DNA of 64,000 nt from Mobula hypostoma. Lineage: Eukaryota. The stretch is from contig NC_086108.1 in assembly GCF_963921235.1 (NCBI RefSeq), positions 9,052,001 through 9,116,000 of the forward strand, in the 5' to 3' direction. Numbering within the stretch: the stretch's first letter is position 1; every line of letters begins with the position of its first letter. The position numbers and the translations under genes were made by a program. This document shows, piece after piece, positions 1 through 12,574 of this stretch. A model generated the notes under the pieces. It worked only from the letters and a program-made list of their open reading frames with translations. It was not told the origin of the DNA and searched no databases.

Positions 1-523
1 CCGTTACCTGAACTTAATTGAAGTTGGATGATGCAACAAAACAATGATCCAAAACACAAGAGTAAATCAACAACAGAATGGTATAAAAAGAAGAAAATTC
101 ATGTATTGGGATGGCCAAGTCAGATTCCAGATCTTAACCCAATGGAGATGCTCTAGCATGACCTGAAGAGGGCTGTTCATGCAAGGTATCCTAGAAATAT
201 TGAGAACTGAAAGAGTTTTGTATGGACGAATGGCCTAAAGTTCCTCCTCACCGTTGTGCAAATCTGATCAGCTGCAGGAAACGTTTGGTGCTGAAAGAGG
301 TTCTACCAGATATTAAATACAAGGGTTCACATACTTCTTCCAGCCTGCACTGTGAATCATTAAACAATGTGTTCAATAAAAAGATAAAAAGTACAATTGT
401 TTGTCTGTTATTAGTTTAGGCAGATTGTGTTTTTCTATTATTCTGACTGAGATGAAGATTTGAACACATTTTATGAGTAATTAACGCAGAAAACCAGTTC
501 ACAAACTTTTTCTTGCAACTCTA
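1..523 (+). mobile_element. Tc1/mariner DNA transposon remnant (3' part of transposase plus right terminus), inactivated
   Basis: Translates to [19 protein letters not shown]...[27 protein letters not shown], matching the Tc1 QQDNDPKH and WPSQSPDLNPIE motifs, with a stop and a frameshift. The 3' end resembles the Tc1 terminus at 54590-54741. Confidence 0.85.
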
Positions 524-1033
524 TACGGGTTCTTTTGGGTTTCTTTGTTTTGTCGCTGCATGTTAGAAGACAAATCTCAAGCTTGTGTAAAGTATACAAA
601 CTTTGATAATAGATGCACTTTGAATTTTCTGTGTGGTTTGAATTAAACTTGATAAGTGTGATGGCTCCTGCCCTCAGCACCTGCTCTCCCCTCCACGTGG
701 CTGTTGCATCCTGTCCATACAGACGGTGTGCTGAAAGCTGGGTGATGGCAACAGATACCAGTCAAAGGAGCCACCAGATCTGGGCACCGTCCACAGATGA
801 ACATGACCAACATTTCCCCAGACCCACAGACAGTTAACCCCCACGGGCACCAACCCTCTTCGGCAAACCCACCAGCACACGTCGGAATGGAAGCCTGGCC
901 TTCCGCACACTGAAGTGATCAGATTAGCTGTATCTGTCATACAGTGAGGTGGGCTTTCGCATCAATGACCACCATGGTCTGAGAATGTGCAGCAGTGTCA
1001 CCACAATTCTGGCACCAACAAAGTATGCCCACA

Positions 1034-1239
1034 ATTTAAGCAACACACATCAAAGTTGCTGGTGAACGCAGCAGGCCACGCAGCATCTCTAGGAAGAGGT
1101 ACAGTTGACGTTTCGGGCCGAGACCCTTCCAAAACATCAACTGTACCTCTTCCTAGAGATGCTGCCTGGCCTGCTGCGTTCACCAGCATCTTTGATGTGT
1201 GTTGCCTGAATTTCCAGCATCTGCAGATTTCCTCGTGTT
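1034..1239. mobile_element. Short fold-back Penelope-like terminal-repeat insertion
   Basis: Inverted arms 1040-1113 and 1132-1205 (71/74 complementary). Carries the 3' half of a hammerhead motif. Flanked by TGCCCACA at 1026-1033 and 1240-1247. Confidence 0.7.
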
Positions 1240-1254
1240 TGCCCACATCTTACT

Positions 1255-1417
1255 ACCCTTTACATCTTTGGACTGTGGGAGGAAACTGGAGCACCCGGAG
1301 GAAACCCGCGCAGTCACGGGGAGAACGTAGAAACTCCTTACAGACAGTGGTGGGAACTGATCCCTGATCGCTGGGGCTGTAAAGCGTTATGCTAACCGTT
1401 ACGTTACCCTGCTGCCC
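1255..1417 (-). mobile_element. tRNA-derived V-domain SINE (HE1-like)
   Basis: Minus strand has the V-domain motif GGGTTTCCTCCGGGTGCTCCAGTTTCCTCCCACAGTCCAAAGA after a tRNA-like head. Sister copies occur at about 18485, 26435, 47990, 50670, 62720 and 63450. Confidence 0.7.
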
Positions 1418-1461
1418 GCGGTAACAGATGGGTGTGGCAGGAAGCTCAGGAGGTTCCCTAC

Positions 1462-1604
1462 CTGTAGCGAGGGCTGAACCTGGTGCGTCGTGAGAGGCTT
1501 CATCTGCAGGGGGACCGTCGCTCCTTGCTGTAGGAGGCAGGGAGCTCCGGACGCAGCTCCTGGGATGACCTTGCTGTCTGGAGACCGTGTTGTGGCCGTG
1601 GCGC
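1462..1604 (-). CDS. BICRA: BICRA coding exon 8 (last in window; gene continues beyond position 1)
   Basis: Acceptor ttattttgtcag|GC, donor CTACAG|gtaggg. 143 nt, phase 1 in and phase 0 out, matching the upstream exon. Encodes (G)ATATTRSPDSKVIPG...VQPSLQ, positionally like the human exon ending KPSGLQ; sequence conservation is weak. Confidence 0.75.
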
Positions 1605-2139
1605 CTGACAAAATAAATGCAACAAGGTTTAATGAGGCAGAGGAAGAGAGTCCAACACTGCCCGGATCATGTTCCATGTCCCCTTATCACAGAGAAAGAG
1701 GCCACTCAGCCCTTCGAGTGTCTGACAGCTCACAACTCATTCCCCAATCTTTCCCCCTCACCTCAGCACCAGGAGAATATTACAGTGGTGGCCAATTAAC
1801 CATTAAGATGTGGGAGGAAACCGGAACTTCTGGGGGAACCCACATGGTCACAGGGAGAGCATGCAAACTCCACATAGACAGTGCTGGAGGTCATGGTTAA
1901 ACCTGGAGATGGTGCCTCACAACTATTATTAGCTGTGTTACTGTGATGCCTGCTGAAGCTCCAACTACAATCTGCTTGTGCTACCCGTCTGCACGGTTAC
2001 AAGACCCAAGACAAGCTTGAAGAACAGCCCCATCTGGGCTGCACGACGCTCTGGCTCCCCAACACCCCATCTGGTAGTGAGGAGCCGCTGCCAGGATCGG
2101 AAAAAGAAGCAGAAAGCTCCATTTTGGGCACTAGCTTCC

Positions 2140-2500
2140 CCCAATGTCCAGGACACCTTCAGAAAACGATGCCTCAGAAAGACGGCATCCATCATTGAGG
2201 ACCCCCATCACCCAGAACATGCCCTCTTCTCATTGCTACCATCAGGGAGGAGGTACAGGAGCCTGAAGACACACACTCAATGATTCAGGAACAGCTTCTT
2301 CCCCTCTGCCATCAGATTTCTGAATGGACAATGAACCCATGAACGCTACCTCAGTACGTTTTGCTCTACTTCTTTAATTTTGTGTACACATTTCTTCTAA
2401 TTTATGTATTTTTTTATTATTATGGATTACATCCTACTGCTGCTGCAAAACAACAAGTTTCATGACGTGCCAGTGATATTAAACCCGATTCAGATTCTGA
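2140..2500 (+). mobile_element. L2/Rex-Babar-like LINE 3' fragment
   Basis: Encodes RCLRKTASIIEDPHHPEHALFSLLPSGRRYRSL, a typical C-terminus of these RT ORFs, followed by an AT-rich 3' UTR and a (gattct)-like tail. Confidence 0.75.
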
Positions 2501-3551
2501 TTTATCTTCTACCTGGGGGTACGCCACCTTCCTGGGCTTGAGATCAAACACAAGCATCTCATGTTCCGGTGTTCTCCACCTGTGACACTGACTCACCGTC
2601 CTCTCTCCACCTCGACTTGCTGGGCATCACCAATAGAGCGAGTCACCCTCTTCCTCTCGCCATGTAGGCAGTCCTACATCGAGTTCAACGCCGTCTAGCA
2701 ACTCCTGCAACACTGTTGGTGCCAAACTATCGGCCTCCACCGTTCCTTAGGGTTCAACAGCAACGTGGAGAGAAGGAGCCTGTTGCCCGCTAACAACTTA
2801 GAACATAGAATAGTACAGCACATTACAGGCCCTTCGGCCCACAATATTGTGCCAACCCTCAAACTCTGCCTCCCATATAACCTCCCACCTTAAATTCCTC
2901 TGCCTAGTAGTCTCTTAAACTTCACGAGTGTATCTGCCTCCACCACTGACTCAGGCAGTGCATTCCACGCACCAACCACTCTCCATATTTGACTGCCCTG
3001 GCTTGTGTACCTACACAGCTAGGACGCAATATCCTTGGTCAACCCTGACCGATGGAAATCTCTCACATGTATATAAGCCCACACTCAGATACTGCTATAT
3101 CTTGTTTTGTATGATTGCTTATATATTTACATTTATTGTGTTTTTATTGTTGTGTTCTTTACATTTAATGTGTTTATTTTGTGCTGCTGGAGTAACAAAA
3201 ATGTCATTCTCCTTTACGCTCGTGTACTGAAGAATGACAAAAAAAAGTATTGAAATGTGTCTGTTCTCTCTCCACAGATGCTGATTGACCTGCTGAATGT
3301 TTTCAGCATTGCTTCTATTTCAGATAGTGCTGATTTCAGGCTTCATTATAATTAATTATACAAAATATTATGCAAATGTTAAGTCATTAAATGTGCATTA
3401 TTTACAAATTATGTTGACTTAAGTTGATGTTAAGTTACACTTGTAACGTAGAGGTGTTGTAGTAAAGAGCCACGGTTCATGTCATTGACACACTGAGTGT
3501 GTAGGCCTGTGTAACAATAAACTCAAACCACCAGGGAAAATAGAACCAAAG

Positions 3552-4510
3552 ATGGCGCTGAATCAGCACGTGGGAAGGAGATTGAAAATCTGGCTGGAGT
3601 GGTGTCATAAAAACCTCTCACTCAATGTCAGCAAGACCAAGGAGTTAATTATAGACTTCAGCAGAAGGAAAGCAGAGGTCCATGAGCCAGTTCCCATCAG
3701 AGGATCGGAGCTGGAGAGAGTCAGCAACTTTAAATTCCTGGGTGTCATTATTTCAGAGGACCTGTTCTGGGCCCAGCATGCAAGCGCAGTTGTGAAGAAA
3801 GCACAGCAGCGTCTCTACTTCTTCAGGAGTTTGTGGAGATTTGGCATGACATCTAAAACTCTGACAAACTTATATAGATGTGTACTAGACAGCATACTGA
3901 TAGGCTGCATTACAGCCAGGTATGGAAACACCAATGCCCTTGAATGGAAAATCCTACAAAACGTAGCGGATATGTCCCAGTCCATCACGGATAAAGCCCT
4001 CCCAACCATTGAGCACATCTACGCGAAACATTGTCACAGGAAAGCAACATCCATCATCAGGAACCCTCACTACACCCAGGACATGCTCTCTTCTCGCTGC
4101 TGCCATCAGCTGGAAGGTACGGGAGCCTCAGGACTCACACCATCAGGTTCAGACACAGTTATCTCCACTCAACCATCAGGCTCTTGAACCAAAGGAGATA
4201 AATTCACTCAACTTCACTCACCCCCTCACTGAAATGTTCCCACAACCTTCGGACTCACTTTCAATGACTCTCCATCTCACGTTTGCGATATTAATTGCTT
4301 TGTTGTATATTACCATTTCTTTCTTCTTGCATTTGTACAGTCTGTTGGCTTCTGCACTCTGGATGATCACTCAAGTCGGAGTGGTCTTTCATTGATTCTG
4401 TTATGGTTATTATTCTATAGATTTATTGAAAATCCCCACAATAAAATGAATCTCAGGGTTTTATATAGTGATAAATATGTACTTTGCTAATAAATTGACC
4501 TTGAACTTTA
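3552..4510 (+). mobile_element. L2/Rex-Babar-like LINE, RT C-terminal (DUF1891-type) fragment with 3' tail
   Basis: ORF 3552-4187 reads WCHKNLSLNVSKTKELIIDF...VSNFKFLGVIISEDL...KKAQQRLYFFRSL, then frameshifts. Ends in aataaattgaccttgaacttt. Confidence 0.85.
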
Positions 4511-4779
4511 AGGCTTTTAACAAAAAGGATTCCCACTGTCCATGCAGCTGTAATTCTCGATTCTGTTCTCATTCTTCTTGGGACGATATTGTCCCCTCAG
4601 AAGGGTTCAAGCTCCACTCCAGATACTTGAACACAAACGTCTAAGTTGCAGATCTAACGTACGAATGGTGGACTGAAACGCTGTCAGAGGGCAATGATTT
4701 CTCCTCCCTCACAAGGGAGTTCTACCAGGAATATCGGGTCCCGATGTTTCCCTCTCATCAACACTACTATACCAAACCA

Positions 4780-5445
4780 TAGAACAGTACAGTACAGTTC
4801 AGATCCTTTGGTCCATCTACACTGTGCTGAACTGTATAGTACAGAATAGTACAGGCCATTCGGCCCACAATATTGTGCCAACCTTTTAACCTACTCTAAG
4901 ATCAATCTCACTCTTCCCTCCCACATAGCCCTCCATTTTCCTTTCATCCATGTGCCTATGAGTTTCTTAAATGTCCCTACGACATGGGCCTCAACCATGA
5001 CCCCCTGACAGGGCATTCCATGCACTCACCACTCCATGTAAAAAAAACCTACATCTGACATCTCCCACCCACCACATCCCCTTAAAATGGTGCCCCCTTG
5101 TATTAGTCAATTCTGCCCTGGGAAAAAGTCTCTGGCTATCCACTCTAACTATGCCTCTTATCTTATACACCCCTATCAAATCACCTCTCATCTTCCTTCA
5201 CTCCAAAGGGAGAATCCCCAACTGACCCAACCTATTCTCATAAGACACGCTCTCTAATCCAGGCAGCATCCTGGTAAATCTCCTCTGCACCCTCTCTAAA
5301 GCTTCCACAGCCTTCCTTATAATGAGGCGACCAGAACTGTACACAATATTCCAAGTGTGGTCTAACCAGGGTTTCATAGAGCTGCAATGTCACCTTGTAG
5401 ATCTTGAACTCAATCCCCTGACTAATGAAGGCTAACACACCAACA
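4780..5445 (-). mobile_element. CR1 LINE 3' fragment
   Basis: LYETLVRPHLEYCVQFWSPHYK and RGDLIGVYKI motifs on the minus strand, disrupted. Confidence 0.85.
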
Positions 5446-5915
5446 AAACCACTTGATCTTTGTCACATTCCTGGCCTGGAATCTTTCCGAGCACAGCTTA
5501 ACACCATTTCCCACATCACTCCCGGCCTTAGGATGTCCTGAAAGGGATGGGAAAAGTGCTAGGTGAATGCTAACCTTATGCAAGATGTCTCTTGTTCTCA
5601 CAACCACCACCCCCTCCACTCCATAAGGTATAGGAGCATAATCAGGCCAATCAGCCCATCCAGTCTGATCCACCATTCCTAGTGCGCTCTGACCAATGTC
5701 TCATAAAACCTCAGCATCACATCTTTGCTTTTATATTCTGGTCCCTTAAAATGAATGCTGACATTGCATTTGCCTTCCTTACCATTGGTTCAACCTCCAA
5801 GTTAATTTTTAGGGAATCCTGAACAAGTCCCTTTGCACCTCGGATTTCTGAATTTGTTCCCACTCAGGTCCCTACCTCCTCCTCAATACCATCTCCCCAC
5901 CCCACCCCAGCGCAC

Positions 5916-6132
5916 CTGCTGAAGATGCCTTCACGAGGACGGACGTCTGCTGCAGGAGGGTGGCCAGTGCCGCCGGGCCTCCCCCGGTAGGCTGCGGCTT
6001 CAGCCCGGCCGAGTTGGTGTGCGTCTGCGTCTGCAGGCTGGGCGACTGCACTTGGCTGCTGAGCTGGCTGACACCAGTCACGCCTTGGCTGCTGCTCGAG
6101 GGCTTGGCTTGAAGGATTATGTTGTGCTGCAT
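5916..6132 (-). CDS. BICRA: BICRA coding exon 7
   Basis: Acceptor ctttgtttcaacag|ATG, donor GCAG|gtgcgc. 217 nt, phase 0 to 1. MQHNIILQAK resembles human VPSGIILQNK. Confidence 0.85.
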
Positions 6133-6343
6133 CTGTTGAAACAAAGTGCATCGCTCGGTCACCATTGCACAGACTGCACGGCCCCAAGTCAACGCCATCC
6201 AGCCCATCTGGGCCATGTCATATTCTCCCCACCACTGAGCACATCTACAAGGAGAACTATCTCAGGAGAGCAGCATCCATTATCAGGAACCTTCACACCA
6301 CCCAGGACACGCTCCCTTCTGGCTGCTGCTCTCAGGAAGGAGT

Positions 6344-6620
6344 CTCAGGTTCCACACCACCAGGTTCAGGAACAGTTATTACCCCACAACCATTAGGCTC
6401 CTGAACCAGTGTGGATAACTTCACTCATCACAATGAGCCTCAGGTCCCACACCACCAGGTTCAGGAACAGTTATTACCCCACAACCATCAGGCTCCTGAA
6501 CCAGTGTGGATAACTTCACTCACCACAATGAGCCTCAGGTCCCACACCACCAGGTTCAGGAACAGTTATTACCCCACAACCATCAGGCTCCTGAATCAAA
6601 GGGGACAACTTCACTCACCC
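6344..6620. repeat. 95-bp tandem triplication inside a LINE 3' fragment (host about 6225-6880, + strand)
   Basis: Unit ctcaggt(t/c)ccacaccaccaggttcaggaacag... starts at 6344, 6439 and 6534. Confidence 0.9.
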
Positions 6621-7874
6621 CATCACTCAACTGACGGGCTCACTTTTAAGGACTCTTCATCGCATATTCTCGATATTTAGTGTTTATTTTATTATTATTA
6701 TTGTTTTCCCCTTTTTGTATTTGCAGTTTGTTGTCTCTTGCACATTGGCTGTTTGCCTGTCTTGTTGGGCGTGGTCTTCCATCAATTCTATTGTATTTCT
6801 TTGTATTTACAGTGAATGCCAGCAAGAAAAAGAATCAAGGTTGTATATGGTGACATATATAATAAATTTACTATGAAGTTCCTTCTAACCACTGCCTTCT
6901 GATAGCTTGCATGTAAATCAGAAACTACTGCAGATGCAGGAAATCTGAAACAAAAACGGTGTTGGAGAAACCTTGGTCAGGCAGTATTCTGTGGCAAAAG
7001 AAACAGTCAGAACAAAGAGTCACAGACACAGACGTTTCTCTCTCCACAGATGCTGCCCGATATGCTCAGAATGGTGGGGTACAGGCCGAATCGAGCAGGC
7101 AGGGTCCAGGCACCAGAGTGTATCAAAACGACAGAACCCAAATGTTTGGACGACAATTACGCACCGGGTCAAATTGGAAAGGTCAGGGAGTTGGGACCGG
7201 AGGCGAGGGACAAGACGGTTCAGCTTGCCGCTCCGTGACGTTTACTCAGCTCTGCGCTGAACTGAGGCTGTGGATGGTCTCTCTTTTCAGGACCAGTTCT
7301 GAATGCTATTTGCTTTTATTGTTTGCATGATTTGTTTTTCTATCTCTCTACACATTGGATATTTGTTGGTCATTTTTAAAAAATAGGTTCTTTTGAGTTT
7401 CTTGGTTTTGAGGCTGCCTGTATGGAGATGAACTCAAGGCTGTAGAATGTATACAAACTTTAATAATAAATGCACTTTGAACTTTAGAGTTTTTCCAGAA
7501 CTTTGTTTTGATGAACATTCATTATAACCTTTTACACGCCAAGATTTCCCTTAATTTAATGTAAGTCATAAATAGCATTGTTCTCAACCACGTATGAATC
7601 TCTATTTCGACTTATTGATGACCAACTTGGTGCCCTGTCTTCATCTCCCAAGAGGACACCAGTTACCGTCTTGTGGTTGACCTTAACATAGACAGGGAGG
7701 GGGGTGGGTTCCAAACCTGAGGTCCACAGACCCCTCAGTTCATGGGCAGCAGTCCATGGCATTAAAAAGGTTAGGAATCCATGGTTTACACTTCAGCTTA
7801 CAGCAGGATCTGGAGTTCTTATGGAAATGTTTATTTGATGATGAACTTCAATAAAAAGTAAATTACAGAAAAAA

Positions 7875-8815
7875 AAAGAAAAATGGCGGATGAAATTTAA
7901 TGCAGACAAGTGTGAGACCTTGTCGTAGGGTTTGGAGGCTCGTGTGCCTCAATGACCCTGACAGCTATGTTGGCTGGAGTCAGGGCTTTATGCTCTTGGT
8001 AGGGTCACCCATATCAAACAGATCAAAGGGTAGAGGACAGACTAAGAGTGGTCCACCGGTCCTGCAGGTTCAGGGGTTCAGCTCAGGGCTAACAACCCTG
8101 ACTGGTCAAACACAACTGTTACGGAAACAGCAATGAAGAATCCTTCTACATCTGAGTGTGATGGTTTTCCTGAGACTTCACCCAGGACTTGCCTGACTGA
8201 CAGTAGTGAAAACCGAGAGGAAGCTACTGACATGATGAAGGAAGCCCTGAACATCACCAGAGATGGGGGACCTTCATTGCTGCCCTAAACACCAGCGGCG
8301 TAACGGGCAATACGTAGGTAAGTGTGAGGTGTGGCACTTTGGGAGGACCAACCAGGGTGGGGCTTGCATGATGAGTGGTAGGGCACTGAGGAGTGCGGTT
8401 GAACAGACGGATATGGGAATACAAATCCATAATTTTTTGAAAGTGGCGTCAAAGGTAGATAGGGTCCGAAAGAAAGTTTTGGCACATTGACCTTCCAAGT
8501 GCTGAGTACAGGAGCTGGGATGTAATGTTGAAGTTGTATAAGCCATTGCCGAGGCTTAATTTGGAGTCCCGTGTGCTCCAAGGAGATGCAAGGGGCAAGT
8601 TTTCTTTCACATGGAGAGTGGTGGGTGTCTGGGCTGGTGGTAGAGGCAACACCATTGGGGCTTTTAAGAGACATTTAGAGAGGCACATGAATGTGAGGAA
8701 AATGGAATGATATGGACGCAGTGCAAGCAGAATAGATTAGTTAATCACTTATTTGATACACTGGGCACAACATTGTGGGCCGAAAGCCCAATTTCTCTGC
8801 TGTACCGTTCCACAG
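7875..8815 (+). mobile_element. Decayed CR1 fragment interrupted by an RTE-like insertion
   Basis: FNADKCE / KCEVWHFGRTNQG and MLKLYKPLPRLNLE motifs, plus a CR1-like 3' end. Confidence 0.7.
7917..8319 (+). mobile_element. Non-autonomous RTE-derived retroposon (about 400 bp) with 9-bp TSD
   Basis: AAGTGTGAG is duplicated at 7908-7916 and 8320-8328. The 5' part (aatgaccc...agctatgttg...ggtagggtcaccca) resembles fish RTE 5' UTRs from memory, and the tail is TAAG-like. Confidence 0.65.
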
Positions 8816-8862
8816 TCTAGGTTCTCAACGCGAGGGCGAGGGCGAGGGGGAGGCACACTCAC

Positions 8863-9597
8863 CTGCTGAAGCTTCTCCATGAACGACTTGTGCTGTTGGG
8901 TGGGGTTGGGGATGGCGGATATGTTCTGAAGTTGGTTGGTCACCATCTGGAACCTCTGCTGCTGCTCTGCTGTCAGGGTGAGGGTCTGGTAGACGGGCTG
9001 CAGGGGACCCTGAGGGTGAGGTTGGCAGTGGAGCTGCAGCTGTAGGGACGGGGGCTGGGGGTCACCCGGGCTCTGCGAGGGGGCGGTGGAGGGGGGCAGG
9101 AGGCGGGGCGGGGTCTGGGCCTCAGCCGGGGTCTGGCCTTGACCACCGGGCTGCTGCTGCTGCTGAGAGGCGGGAGCCGGCGGGGTCAGCTGCGGCTCGG
9201 CCGGATGGGGGGGCTGGGAGGATCCGCCGCCCTGGAACGGCACCTGCAGGGGCGGCTGGGACGGGGGTCTCATGGGGTGGGGCGGCTGGGAGCCCCCGTG
9301 GGGGGAGCCCTGCAGCTGGGTCTGGATGATGTAGAGGGGCGGCTGGGAGGGGGTGCAGGATCGGGAGAGGGGCTCGGAAGGGGGGCGGGACAGCACCTGG
9401 GGTTGGGAAGGAGGGCGGCTCTGGGGCCGCGACGGGGGCCGAGACAGAGGCTGCGGCTGGGAGGGCGGGCGGGACTGGTGGGGGGACGGCAGCTGGATGT
9501 GGACCTGGGCGTCGTTCTGTGGGGCCTGAGGCACGGGCGATTGCGACGTGGGTGTGCCCTGGGGCATCGCTGTCTTCTGCTGCCCAGCAGCCATCTG
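8863..9597 (-). CDS. BICRA: BICRA coding exon 6 (Pro/Gln-rich)
   Basis: Acceptor gttcctccag|CAG|ATG (tandem), donor CAG|gtgagt. 735 nt, phase 0/0. SRPPSRPQSRPPS...SRPPSEP, YIIQTQL and RFQMVT resemble the human BICRA motifs TRPPSRPPSRPQSVSRPPSEP, FVIQNQL and TFQMVT. Confidence 0.93.
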
Positions 9598-10684
9598 CTG
9601 GAGGAACCAACAAGTAGGAGGTGGTGGAACATCACAATCCCACAAGACAAATCCCCTCCCCACCGTCCCAGTCACCCCTCCCCCGCCCCGAGAACCATCA
9701 GGTCACCATTCAAACACCGAGCTCAATCTCAACACCTTCTGGGGAGGGGTGGAGGGTGGAAACATACACTGCACCCAGAACTTCAGACATCTAGCCCTTC
9801 CAAAAAGGCATCACCCGAGGGAGCCACACATCCATGGAGACCCCTTGGGTGGTGCTGGCAGTAATTTTACAACCAGTGTGAAACAGACTGCAATTAAAGG
9901 CAGTGAGTGCTGGATGCCTAAGTGGATGGACTGTTAGCTGAATAAACAGGAATTGGGATAAACTCACTCAACTTCAGGTCTCACACCACCAGGTTCAGGA
10001 ACAGTTACCATCAGGCCCCTGAGCCAAAGGAGATCGATAACTCCACTCAACTTCACTTGAACCATCATTGAAACATTCCCACAACCTACAGACTCACTTT
10101 CAAGGACTCTTCATCTCATGTCTTCGATATTTATTGTTTATTTATTTAATATTATTACTTCTTTCTCTTTATATTTGCACAGCTTGTCATCTTTTGCACA
10201 CTGGTTGAATGCCCACGTTGGCACAGTCTTTCATTGATGCTATGGAGTACGACCACAAGACAATGGTTCTCTGGGCCGTTTCTGGTGATATATCCGTACT
10301 CTGATAATAAATGTACTTTAGACTTCGGAACTGGATCATTGTTGTCACATGGAAAAGACTGCCCCAGCCACTCTGGTCATTCTCTTTTCAAAACCCCTCC
10401 CATCGGGCGTTTCCTACCAGCCTCAAGGAGCCTCTAACATGCTGCTACAAGACTACTGAATGGTTCCCCAGTACAATAATGGACTCTTCACGGCACAATC
10501 TACCTCGTTACTGTCTATCTGCACTTTCTCTGCAGCCGTTACATTTTGTTCTGCTTTCTGTTATGGTTTTAACCTTGCTCTACCTCAAAGCACTGTGCAA
10601 TGATCTCAACTGTCTGAACAGCGTGGAAGACAAGCTTGTCACTGTACACTCGGTATATCTGACAATAACGAACCAGTTCCAATC

Positions 10685-11050
10685 CCACACACAAAATGCT
10701 GGAGGAGCTCAGCAGGTCAGGCAGCACCCGTGGAGAGAAATGGACAGTCGACGTTCTGGCCGAGACCCTTCATCAAGACTGGAAAGGAAGGGGGCAGAGA
10801 GGCCAGAAATAGAAGGGTGTGGGGAGGGGGAGAAGCGTGAGGGGTGTGAGAGGAGGATCCGGGTGAGGGGGGAGAAGGTCGGAGAAAATGGGAACAATGT
10901 GAGAGCCTAGGAGGTGGGAGGTAGGAGAGGCAAAGTGCTAGAAGGAAGAATCTGACAGCAGGAGACAATGGAACATAGAATAACATGAAAGAGGAGCACT
11001 TTATGTGTGTTTTGTTTCTGCATTCCAGCATCGCAGTCTCTTGGATCTCC
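10685..11050 (-). mobile_element. Penelope-like terminal-repeat fragment with degenerate hammerhead motif (10745-10781)
   Basis: Minus strand reads CAGTC-TTGATGA-A-GGGTCTCGGCCA-GAA-CG-TC-GACTG. Same family as 61800-62375. Confidence 0.65.
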
Positions 11051-12574
11051 ACAGAACCACTAGAAAGACCCTGATGGAAACAGGCCATTCAGCCCACTTC
11101 TTTTTGCTGACCCAAGTCACCTACCTGAGCTAGCTGCACATGTGTGTATTTGGCCCATATTTCTGGACTTTTGCTCCCCTACGTATCTGTCCAAACATTG
11201 CTTTACTAACAGCTGCCTATAATAAAGTGGAAAGAGTGAGAAATTTCAAGTTCCTGGGTGTTACTATCTCTGAGGACCTTATATGGCCATGATCTCTTCT
11301 CGCTGCTGCCATCAGGTAGAAGGTTCAGGAGCCTCAGGACTCACACCATCAGGTTCAGGAACAGTCACCACCAGGCTCTTGAACCAAAGGAGATAACTTC
11401 ACTCATTTGCCCATCCATTGAAATGTTCCCATGACCAATGATAATCCCTTTAAGGACTCTTTATCTCATTATTTCATGTTCTTGTATAGATATTGCTATT
11501 TATCTATATTTGCCTTTACACAGTTTGTTATCTCCTGCACTCTAGTTGATCTTTCACTGATTCTGTTATAGTTGCTATTCTACAGACTTGCTGACAATGC
11601 TTTAAGAGAATCAATCTCAGGGTTGTATATGGTGACATAAATACTTTGATAATAAAATTTACTTTAAACTTAATAAAAACAATATTAAGGTTTTTGTTGT
11701 TCAAAGCTAGGATGTTTCTGTGAGGAATGTGGTGTCAGATCATCGGGCAGCGTGTGAAGATCCTTCTACACACGGTCCCATCGGACACTCACAGGGCTGG
11801 TCATATCTCAGTTAAAGAACCAAAGTTTATGGATTCATATCCTTGTTTACAAATCCCTGCCGGACCACCTTGTTTTGCCTCTGGCACTTGCTACAGTCCC
11901 TTAAGGTTCAAAACATCTTCTCACTTCCAACTCTGGCCTTGATTTCACCCCGAAAGCTACTGCTTCACCAGTGGTACCCTCAGCTGCCCAAACCCTACGA
12001 CTGCTCACTGCCTTTACGATGACCTTGAGATGTCTCCGACCCAATACTGTGTGGCTCACGATGTTCAGTTACGTTCTGGGTGCCGTGTACATGCACAATA
12101 ACCAGCGGGGAGAGAGAAAATAAACTGAATTCAGAATTAGTGGCAAATTTCCTTGGCTATCGGAAGGATCCTGATAAAATAAATGTTCATTAATAAGATC
12201 ATGTTCATGATTTGCAAAAAGCACAGATCCCACTGTTTGGACTGAGACACCACAGGACAAACATGCATGCATTTCACACTGCAAGGTGCTGGCCAACACC
12301 AGCTACCCAGCCAAGGCGGTGGGGTTCAGTCTCGAGGGTTAGCCATCTGGGGTGAGAGACCAGGGTTGTTCATCCCTCTTTTTTTTTGATTTCTCTGCCT
12401 GGAAGGGAACATCGTCTACGCATCTGCCAACTGATTACCCTGGCTAGGACTGGCTCACTCTGCAGCCCACTGGTAGGAAGGGAACAAGCAAAGGCAACTG
12501 TGCTCAGACCTGATTGAATTCCCTGTGAGTGCTCTGTCCACTTTTAACACACACACACACTCACTCTTACTTAC

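Noticed and set aside
9139..9864. 241-aa Gly/Arg/Leu-rich plus-strand ORF
   Set aside because: Antisense shadow of Pro/Gln-rich exon 6.
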